DNA of 64,000 bases from an uncultured Pseudomonadota bacterium (GTDB lineage: Bacteria > Pseudomonadota > Gammaproteobacteria > Burkholderiales > JALYOK01): assembly GCA_963714525.1 (NCBI GenBank), contig CAVQPB010000001.1:21495-85494 (forward strand), in the 5' to 3' direction. How positions within the stretch are numbered: the first letter of the stretch is position 1; each line of letters begins with the position of its first letter. A program made the translations under genes and the position numbers. The notes beneath the pieces are model-generated. The model made no database searches, had not been told where the DNA came from, and saw only the letters and a list, made by a program, of their open reading frames with translations. Positions 39,236-47,220 of the stretch are shown one piece after another.

Positions 39236-41311
39236 ATGACTACCGAAAAGATTCTTGCGACCATCCTCTTTTTACTAACGGCCAGCTTTCAAGCTTGGGG
39301 CGCGAATTTGAGCCTGCCCATCGGCGGCAAAGTGTCTGTCGAGTTGATTTCATCCGATGCGGCTTTCAGCGATTCGCTCGCGTTAGTGTCGCCCGGCGCC
39401 GCAATCGCGCTCACCGGTTGCAAAGTGGACGCCACAGCGTTTACAGGCTTAAAGCTCATGAGTGAGAAGGCCTCACAGCACGGTTGCCGCGTCGAACTCG
39501 ACGCCGATCCGGGCACGGCTGGAATACAAGCATTCCCGGCTGGCTCACTGCTACAGTTCAACCTATGCGCCCAAACCGATGCAAATCCGGCTACCTGTGA
39601 GCACGTGTGGTCGAGCAACATGGCGTCGAACTCCGATGGCTTTGACCATGTGCGAATCACGCCGATTCGCTCCGCGGAGTTCCCCAACCGGATATTCCAG
39701 TTGTCCTGGGAAGATCTCCCGGGCGGTGGCGACAACGATTTCAACGATCTCATCGCGGTGGTGCGCGTCGAACTAGATAGCGACGGTGACGGCCTGTGGG
39801 ACGATTGGGAACAATTCGGCGTCGACACCGATGGCAACGGCACGATCGATCTCAACCTCCCCGCGCTCGGCGCCAACTCACAGCACAAAGACATCTTCCT
39901 CGAAATCGATTTCATGGACTGCGCACTGGCGGGAGGGGATTGCGCAGCCGGTGATACGCACAGTCATCGACCGAAGGCGGCGGCGATCGCGGCGGCCGTC
40001 CAGGCGTTTGCCGACGCGCCGGTGCCGAATCCCGATGGAGTCAACGGGATCAATCTGCACATCGACATCAGCAATTCGGTAGCGCACCAAAATGCGCTGA
40101 ACATCAATGGGCTGTGCTTCGGCGGCGGTCCCGGCATCGGCAGCTTTGACGCTGTAAAGAATAACGCTGCTAACTTTGGACCAAACAATCCGCGGCGATT
40201 TGCCTATCGTTACTCGCTATTCACACATCAACAGTTGTTGACCACAACTAGTTCCGGCTGCGGGGAGTTACCCGGCAACGATTTTCAGGTGGCCCTTGGC
40301 GGCTGGAATGTTGGGCAGGGTGACCTAGATGGTGATGGACTTGCCGACGCAGACGTCGGAACCGTGCAGCAGCAGGCGGGTACACTTATGCACGAGTTCG
40401 GACATAATCTAAACTTGCGTCATGGCGGAAGTGACAACATTAACTTCAAGCCCAATTACTTGAGCATCATGAGCTATCACTTCCAAATGATCGGGATATC
40501 GCCTTCCAACCGAGTTGATTACTCACGTACGGCATTGCCTAATCTCAACGAAGGAAACTTGAACGAACCAGCCGGTATTGGAGACGGAACGGACAACACC
40601 AGGCATTTTTGTCCCAACAACACTCTGCGAACCGGTGTGGGCAATGCGGCCATCGATTGGAACTGCAACAACAGCACCCTAGATGCTAGCGTCGCCGTAA
40701 ATACCAACGCACAGGGTGGCTTGGAAGCGCTGGCCGGCTTTGACGATTGGACCAACATCAAATACGATTTCCAAAATGCGGGCGATTTTGAGGACGGCGA
40801 GCACGCATTCAGTGAGCGGGTTGCCGAAATCGACTACCCCACCGCCCTGCAGATCGCACCACCGACGGGCCCTAGCTGCCTTGGCGTTGCTGCAACCATT
40901 GTCGGCACCAGCGGCAACGACGCACTCAACGGTACAGCGGGAGACGACGTCATTGTCGGCATGGGCGGCAACGACATCATCAACGGCAGTGCGGGCAACG
41001 ATCTCATCTGCGCGGGCGCCGGCAACGACGCCATCAACGGCGGCGCCGGCAACGACAACATCGATGCGGGAGATGGCAACAATCAAGTAAACGGTGGCAC
41101 CGGCGATGACACCCTGACTAGCGGAAACGGTGACGACACCATAAACGGCGGCGGCGGCAATGATGCTATCTCAAGCGGTGCCGGCAGTGACGTGATCAAC
41201 GCCGGAACTGGTAATGATCGAGTAGACGCTGGACCCGGCGTAGACACGATCCAGGGCGGCGCAGGAATCGACGTCTGCATTAATGGAGAAACGATCAACA
41301 GTTGCCCGTAA
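39236..41311 (+). CDS. Secreted multidomain zinc metalloprotease: DUF4114-like N-terminal domain, metzincin-type catalytic domain, C-terminal RTX (haemolysin-type Ca-binding) beta-roll
   Basis: Signal peptide MTTEKILATILFLLTASFQAWG. The DUF4114 motif is ...EDLPGGGDNDFNDLIAVVRVE. HEFGHNLNLRHGG plus the Met-turn SIMSY fits HExxHxxxxxH. Around a dozen GGxGxDxxx nonapeptide repeats follow (GTSGNDALNGTAGDDVIVGMGGNDIINGSAGND...). The ORF track starts at 39188. Confidence 0.7.
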   Translation: MTTEKILATILFLLTASFQAWGANLSLPIGGKVSVELISSDAAFSDSLALVSPGAAIALTGCKVDATAFTGLKLMSEKASQHGCRVELDADPGTAGIQAFPAGSLLQFNLCAQTDANPATCEHVWSSNMASNSDGFDHVRITPIRSAEFPNRIFQLSWEDLPGGGDNDFNDLIAVVRVELDSDGDGLWDDWEQFGVDTDGNGTIDLNLPALGANSQHKDIFLEIDFMDCALAGGDCAAGDTHSHRPKAAAIAAAVQAFADAPVPNPDGVNGINLHIDISNSVAHQNALNINGLCFGGGPGIGSFDAVKNNAANFGPNNPRRFAYRYSLFTHQQLLTTTSSGCGELPGNDFQVALGGWNVGQGDLDGDGLADADVGTVQQQAGTLMHEFGHNLNLRHGGSDNINFKPNYLSIMSYHFQMIGISPSNRVDYSRTALPNLNEGNLNEPAGIGDGTDNTRHFCPNNTLRTGVGNAAIDWNCNNSTLDASVAVNTNAQGGLEALAGFDDWTNIKYDFQNAGDFEDGEHAFSERVAEIDYPTALQIAPPTGPSCLGVAATIVGTSGNDALNGTAGDDVIVGMGGNDIINGSAGNDLICAGAGNDAINGGAGNDNIDAGDGNNQVNGGTGDDTLTSGNGDDTINGGGGNDAISSGAGSDVINAGTGNDRVDAGPGVDTIQGGAGIDVCINGETINSCP

Positions 41312-41493
41312 GCGAGTGCGACAAAGGTTGGAGGAATGGCCGTGCGCCGTCTCCTCCAGCCGCGTTTACGGCGCGTTCGTCCAATGTTCGCCGAAAGCTG
41401 TGCGGCGCACGCCAGATTTGATTGCAACGGAACGCATAGCGGCGTCACCTCAAAGTTTCTCATCTTGGGCCAAGTCATTGGTTCAGGAATCGG

Positions 41494-41698
41494 TGAAGCC
41501 ACGTAGTTCGCTCGCGCTACTACTTTTGACTTAATCCTTTTGGCATATTGTGGCGGGTTAGAAATACGCGCACATTCTTCGTTCGTTGTACAAAGTAGTC
41601 CCTAGTGGGGCTGCTTTAAGGTGATGGGCTGAGATAAGCGTTGCGCATCCAAACGATTACGCGTGGTTGGGGTTCACTTCATTCACCCCAACCTACCG
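41494..41698 (+). repeat. Copy B of the ~205-bp direct repeat, immediately upstream of the next secreted-protein gene
   Basis: See copy A. Ends ~65 nt before the ATG at 41766. Confidence 0.7.
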
Positions 41699-41765
41699 CG
41701 GCCCATTGTTAGTTATCGGTGTACCAATTTAGTTGGTCGGGTTATTTCATTAAAAGGAGATTGTT

Positions 41766-42047
41766 ATGTTTAAGCTTCGTTTTCTTTTTGTTGCTGCCTG
41801 GTCTTTCTTGTTTTTAAGTATCGGCGACGTTTCGGCGGCCGCGTTGACAGCCGTCCCCGCGCGGGCCGAGGTGGGCGAGTTACGGGATCGCTCCCATGCC
41901 GTGGAGTTGGCTCAAGCTCAGACGGGTCTCTATGGCCCGTACGCCACCATCCGCCGCGCAAACGATGTCGCGAACGACTTTCGAAACCGCGGTTTCAACG
42001 CTCAGGTTTACCCCGAACAGGGCGCCTACTACGTCAAGGTCTGGTAA
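41766..42047 (+). CDS. Small secreted hypothetical protein (possible SPOR-like C-terminus)
   Basis: RBS AAGGAG. Signal peptide MFKLRFLFVAAWSFLFLSIGDVSA. The C-terminal ...YGPYATIRRANDVANDFRNRGFNAQVYPEQGAYYVKVW is loosely SPOR-like. Confidence 0.45.
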   Translation: MFKLRFLFVAAWSFLFLSIGDVSAAALTAVPARAEVGELRDRSHAVELAQAQTGLYGPYATIRRANDVANDFRNRGFNAQVYPEQGAYYVKVW

Positions 42048-42132
42048 TGTCGGCCGACGCTCTTCGCTGTGAGGTTTTTGATCTCGAACACATTATTAGG
42101 CTGGCGTATTCCAAAATGTTCAAGCCAATATA

Positions 42133-42417
42133 TTGAGCGGAGTGAAGCACATGTTCTGTCCTAAGTGCGCTGCGGAAAATCCCGATAAAGCTCGGTTTTG
42201 TCGGCAATGCGGTGTCGAGATGCGAGCAGTACAGGAACCGGCTAACAAGTCGCCCCAAGTACCGACAAAGCGCTTTGGAAGTTTTATCGGTGCTGCGGTC
42301 CTATCGACCTTCGGTCTCATTTTTTTGTTGGCGGGCCTGATGGGAGGTGATCCTAGCGCCTTTGTGCTAGCCGCGCCGTGCCTGATCGGCGCCTATTGGC
42401 TATTTACCAAAAAGTAG
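42133..42417 (+). CDS. Zinc-ribbon membrane protein (N-terminal CxxC-x12-CxxC, two C-terminal TM helices)
   Basis: MFCPKCAAENPDKARFCRQCGVEM..., then FIGAAVLSTFGLIFLLAGLM / FVLAAPCLIGAYWLF. Confidence 0.5.
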   Translation: MSGVKHMFCPKCAAENPDKARFCRQCGVEMRAVQEPANKSPQVPTKRFGSFIGAAVLSTFGLIFLLAGLMGGDPSAFVLAAPCLIGAYWLFTKK

Positions 42418-42504
42418 CGTGCGTCGACGGAGGAAAGCGCCGGACGGTGACTGTTGTTGTCGCCACCTAATTGAAACCCAGCAGCGTCATAGAAGGATGA
42501 CAGG

Positions 42505-43890
42505 ATGGCGATAGATACCGCCGTCGGCGAACAGTTCTTAGGAGATCTGATAAGGGCGGCCACCCGGGATGCCGCAAGTTTTGTGATGCCGGGCAGCGCA
42601 ATCGCAGCGTATTTGCTCGAGCGTGGCGCCCTCGCTTGCGCCAAGGCCGCGTGGGACTGTCTCCAGCAAATGAAGTCACAGCAACAACGGCAGCGGATGA
42701 TCAATGCGATGACACAGATTCGTCCTGATCGATCCAGGGCGATCGCGGAGACGGAGGTCGATCGCTACGCGTTCAGCCAACAGACAAAGGCCGAATTGAT
42801 CAACTATTTCTCCGCGATACCAATGACGTCTCGACATGCCATCAGCCGTCCAAATGACGGCGGCAAACCAATCACGCTGCTATCCCAGCTTCCGCGCACA
42901 CATACTGACTTGCTGCGCTTCATGCCGTTGCGGCCGCCGCGTTTTCAACCCGGCGATCAAGTGCCCGGCTATGACTATCGACTCGAGATCCTGTTGGGAC
43001 AGGGCGGGTTTGCTGAAGTGTGGAAAGCGTATCACGTCATCCAGCGCTCACAACCCGCAGTGGCGCTTAAGTTCTGCCTCGATCAGGCGCTGCTAGCGAG
43101 TCTGAAGACGGAGATAAAAGTCTACGACCAGCTTAAAGACCATCCCGACCCACAACACTTGGTCCGCCTCATTGGCACCGCTTATTCCGCTAGCTCACCG
43201 TTTCTTGTTTATGAGTACGTAGACGGTGGTGATCTGGCCGCGTGGCTCGCTGACTTCGCCGGGAAAACGCCGTCGGTTCGAGATGTCGTGCGCATATTGA
43301 AGATGACCGCTCGCGCTCTAGCCTTTGCCCATAGGCGCGGTATCGTCCATCGTGACTTGAAACCGGCGAATCTCTTGGTCACCCGGGATGGGAATGTCAA
43401 GGTGGCAGATTTTGGTATCGGTGCGATCACGGCCAGTGCTGAAGCCGAGCGTGAGCGAGGTAAGAGCGTCACTGGGGCAACCTTCTTGCAAGGGGCATAT
43501 AGCCCGATGTATTCCGATCCTCGACAACGCGCGGGCGAGGCGCCAGAGCCTAGGTTTGATGTCTATGCTCTCGGGGTCATCGCCTACCAACTGCTTATCG
43601 GCGACGTGACGCGGGAGATCGGCCCGGCCTGGCGTGCCGAGCTTGAGGAAAACAATATCCCGCCCAAAGTGCTCGATATGGTCGCCGCGTGCGTGGATGT
43701 CCCCTCGAAACGATTAGCCGATGCGGGCGCGCTACTGACGGCGCTTGATAAGCTCAATTCTGAGCAACTGAGCCAAGTAACTAGAGGTGAAACGGTCTCC
43801 GAGGTTCTAATCAACTATTGCATCCAATGCGGCGCAAAAATTCAGGCCGATGACAGATTCTGTACGCGGTGCGGAAACAACATCCGATAG
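42505..43890 (+). CDS. Hanks-type Ser/Thr protein kinase with ~150-aa N-terminal extension and C-terminal zinc ribbon
   Basis: GQGGFAEVWKA...VALKF (VAIK-like)...HRDLKPANLL...DFG...APE-like region. C-terminal CIQCGAKIQADDRFCTRCG. Confidence 0.8.
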   Translation: MAIDTAVGEQFLGDLIRAATRDAASFVMPGSAIAAYLLERGALACAKAAWDCLQQMKSQQQRQRMINAMTQIRPDRSRAIAETEVDRYAFSQQTKAELINYFSAIPMTSRHAISRPNDGGKPITLLSQLPRTHTDLLRFMPLRPPRFQPGDQVPGYDYRLEILLGQGGFAEVWKAYHVIQRSQPAVALKFCLDQALLASLKTEIKVYDQLKDHPDPQHLVRLIGTAYSASSPFLVYEYVDGGDLAAWLADFAGKTPSVRDVVRILKMTARALAFAHRRGIVHRDLKPANLLVTRDGNVKVADFGIGAITASAEAERERGKSVTGATFLQGAYSPMYSDPRQRAGEAPEPRFDVYALGVIAYQLLIGDVTREIGPAWRAELEENNIPPKVLDMVAACVDVPSKRLADAGALLTALDKLNSEQLSQVTRGETVSEVLINYCIQCGAKIQADDRFCTRCGNNIR

Positions 43891-44027
43891 CAAAAGACAC
43901 GTTCGGGATGAAAGTGGTGCTCTGTGGATCTGGCGTTATGCGCTTTGATCCTATGTATCAAGCGCATCTAGCCTAGATGGGGATCTCTCTCTGGTAGAAT
44001 TCTGAAAGATCAAATTGGGAGGAGTAC

Positions 44028-45063
44028 GTGATTCTCAGCATGCGACGGTCGCTATTCGGGCTCGCTATCGTATTGTTGTGCGCAGACTCGATAGTGCGCG
44101 CGCAAGAGGTGACACTAAAGCTACACCATTTCGTGCCGCCGACGGCTACTGCCCACGTCAAATTTCTTGCCCCTTGGGCGGACAGGATCGCCAAGGAATC
44201 CAACGGCCGCATCAAAATTCAGATCTATCCGGCGCTGCAGCTCGGCGGCACGTTACCGCAGTTACTCGATCAGGTGAAAGATGGCGTGGTCGACATCGTC
44301 TGGGCGATTCCGGGCGCAAGCGCGGGCCGCTATCCCGCCTTCGAAGCCTTCGAGTTGCCGTTCATGACCAAGACTGCGCAAGGGTCGAGCCGCGCGCTTT
44401 GGGGCTACGTGCATCTTAACAAGCTCGATCAAACGGAACTCAAGGCGTTCAAGTTGTTGGCGACCCACGTCCACGATGCAGGTGTGATTCACACCATCGC
44501 CAAACCGATTCGCACCCTTGCCGATTTCAAGGGCATGAAAATACGCGCGCCCACGCGCTGGACTACTAAGATGCTGGCCTCGTTCGGCGCGACGCCGGTC
44601 GGTATGCCAGTCAATCAAGTGTCGGAAGCGCTTTCCAAAGGCGTGATCGACGGCACAATTTTGCCTTGGGAAATCGTGCCTAGTCTGAAAGTGCATGAAT
44701 TGGTGAAATTTCACACCGAAACCAATCCGAGTTCCCGAGCGCTGTATACGACCTCATTCGTAGTGGCGATGAACCCAGCCAAGTATGCGAGCTTACCGGC
44801 TGATTTGAAGCGAGTGATCGACAATAACAGCGGCGTGGAATTTTCTGCATTGGCGGGAAAAATGTGGGATGATTCCGCTGCGCCCCATCGCAAATTGGCC
44901 CAGGCCCACGGCAATCAATTCATCCCTTATCGCAGGACGAACTCAAACTCTGGGCCACGGCGAGCCAGTCGGTAGCCGAGGATTGGATCCGCGAAGTCGA
45001 CGGCAAAGGATACGATGGCAAGGCGCTGTTGAAGAGCGCAAAAGAACTAATCGAAAAATATGA
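44028..45063 (+). CDS. dctP: TRAP transporter substrate-binding protein DctP-family, with an apparent -1 frameshift at a C-run near 44925
   Basis: Signal peptide, then the DctP fold. The C-terminal tail ...PLSQDELKLWATASQSVAEDWIREVDGKGYDGKALLKSAKELIEKYDSKIK is in a different frame after ...AHGNQFIP. The site is atccctta, where one more c restores the frame. Confidence 0.8.
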
Positions 45064-45078
45064 TTCGAAAATAAAATA

Positions 45079-45591
45079 ATGGCTGAACCCATTCCAGGTG
45101 TCGTTCATCAACTGGCCGAGGGTTGGGGGCGGCCCATCGAATTACTTTGCCGCGGTTTCGCCCTATTCGGCGGGTCTATTCTGGTCGCTGTCGCGTTGAT
45201 GTCCGTGGCCAGTGTGGTGGGCCGCGCGTTATTCGGGCAACCCGTGACGGGCGATTTCGAGTTGGTGCAGATGGGATCGGCCATCGCCGTTGCGGCATTT
45301 TTGCCCTATTGCCAAATTCGACGCAGCCACGTGATCGTGGATTTCTTTACCCATACGGCATCGTTTCGCACCCGTCGCGTGCTCGATATCATCGGCGCTT
45401 TTCTGTTGAGCGCCTGTGTCGCCTTGGTTGCGTGGCGCACGGTAGCGGGCGCGTTGGCGCTAAAAGAAAATCAAGAAACCTCCATGCTGCTCGGCGTGCC
45501 GATCTGGTATTCCTATGCGCTCATCGCGCCGTCGTTGGCCCTATTGGCGATCGCCGGTTTTTACACAGCCGTTAATCAACCGAAAAAATAA
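45079..45591 (+). CDS. dctQ: TRAP transporter small permease DctQ
   Basis: 170 aa, 4 TM helices, directly between dctP and dctM. Confidence 0.8.
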   Translation: MAEPIPGVVHQLAEGWGRPIELLCRGFALFGGSILVAVALMSVASVVGRALFGQPVTGDFELVQMGSAIAVAAFLPYCQIRRSHVIVDFFTHTASFRTRRVLDIIGAFLLSACVALVAWRTVAGALALKENQETSMLLGVPIWYSYALIAPSLALLAIAGFYTAVNQPKK

Positions 45592-45596
45592 TCACA

Positions 45597-46916
45597 ATGA
45601 GCGGTGTGGCGCTAGGGGCTCTGGCCTTCGTCCTGTTGTTGCTGTTGCTTGCGGCGCGATTGCCCATCGGCATCGCCATGTTCATCACCGGCGCGTTAGG
45701 CTATGTTTCGCTCTCCGGTTTCGATGCGCTACTCAATTTCCTCAAGAACGCGGCCTACGCGCGCTATTCTGTTTACGACTTGTCGGTCGTTCCGTTGTTT
45801 TTGTTGATGGGGCAATTTGCATCTCGTGGTGGATTATCCGGCGCATTGTTCGGCGCCGCTAACGCCTTCATCGGCCACCATCGCGGTGGTGTGGCGATGG
45901 CCGCCATCGGCGCCTGCGCCGGATTCGGCGCGATCTGCGGATCATCGCTTGCGACCGCTGCCACCATGGGCCAAGTCGCATTGCCCGAATTGCGGAAATT
46001 CAAATATTCACCGGCGCTGGCGACGGGAACATTGGCGGCGGGCGGGACGTTGGGCATTTTGATTCCGCCTTCCGTGGTGCTGGTGATCTACGCCATTCTG
46101 ACGGAACAAAATATTGCCAAATTATTTTTGGCCGCTTTCGTTCCGGGAATACTGGCGGCGATCGGTTATGTCATCGCCATTGCCGTTTACGTTCGAATCT
46201 ATCCCGGCTCCGGCCCTGCCGGGCCGCATCATTCGGCGCGCGAGCGGTTAAATGCTTTGCTTCAGGTGTGGCCGATTGTTTTGATATTCGTGGTCGTGAT
46301 CGGCGGCATCTATGGCGGTATTTTTACACCGACAGAAGCGGCTGCGATCGGCACTATTTCCACCGGAATTCTGGCGGTGATACAGGGTATGCGCTGGACG
46401 GAGGTGATCGACTGTTTTTACGGTACGGCGGAAGCGACGGGAATGATCTTTCTCATCTTGCTCGGCGCGGACATGCTCAACGTGTTCTTGGCGCTGTCGC
46501 AACTTCCGGCCGAGCTCGCGACCTGGGTCGGCAATAGCGGCTTTTCGCCACTGGTGGTGTTGTTCAGCATCATCGTCATCTATCTTTTGCTAGGCTGCAT
46601 CATGGACAGTTTGTCCATGATCCTGCTCACCATTCCGATTTTTTTTCCGATCATCATGGGCCTCGATTTTTGGGGGCTGGCGCAAACTGACAAAGCGATA
46701 TGGTTCGGCATCCTCGCTTTGATGGTGGTAGAAATCGGACTCATCACGCCACCGGTGGGAATGAACGTCTACATCATCAATAGCCTCGCCAAAGACGTGC
46801 CTATGATAGAAACTTTTCGCGGTGTCGTGCCGTTCTTGATATCGGATGGACTGCGAGTATTTTTGCTGATATTTTTCCCTTCGCTTTCGCTCTGGTTAGT
46901 TCATCTCATCGGGTAG
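45597..46916 (+). CDS. dctM: TRAP transporter large permease DctM
   Basis: 439 aa polytopic protein with DctM-family motifs. Confidence 0.9.
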   Translation: MSGVALGALAFVLLLLLLAARLPIGIAMFITGALGYVSLSGFDALLNFLKNAAYARYSVYDLSVVPLFLLMGQFASRGGLSGALFGAANAFIGHHRGGVAMAAIGACAGFGAICGSSLATAATMGQVALPELRKFKYSPALATGTLAAGGTLGILIPPSVVLVIYAILTEQNIAKLFLAAFVPGILAAIGYVIAIAVYVRIYPGSGPAGPHHSARERLNALLQVWPIVLIFVVVIGGIYGGIFTPTEAAAIGTISTGILAVIQGMRWTEVIDCFYGTAEATGMIFLILLGADMLNVFLALSQLPAELATWVGNSGFSPLVVLFSIIVIYLLLGCIMDSLSMILLTIPIFFPIIMGLDFWGLAQTDKAIWFGILALMVVEIGLITPPVGMNVYIINSLAKDVPMIETFRGVVPFLISDGLRVFLLIFFPSLSLWLVHLIG

Positions 46917-47220
46917 CGTTTTCCTTCCAGATGCGTGGTGACGCAATCAATCCGATCATAATTAAGTCTTGACTACGACAAAAAAAGCTCGTAGATTCCG
47001 TCCTGTCACGCTAATGTAGTATTGCATTAGTATTCTTCACGAAAGCGATAAGCCGGATCGCAGCAACAAAAATAATTCTCCCGGTGTAGCGTTAATTTAA
47101 ACTTTTTATACGTCGGGCTGGTGAGTCATCGCGCTGCTCCGATCGTTAGTATTGTCCATCGGGTTCTGGCTGGGGGCGAATGACTATGAAAAGTCATCAA
47201 CTAATAACAGGAGCCCGGCC

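Noticed and set aside
40900-41300. Tandem 27-nt periodicity that could be mistaken for a DNA repeat array or CRISPR
   Set aside because: The repeats encode RTX GGxGxDxxx nonapeptides within the protease ORF. The 'spacers' are as short as the repeats, they are in-frame, and no cas genes are present.
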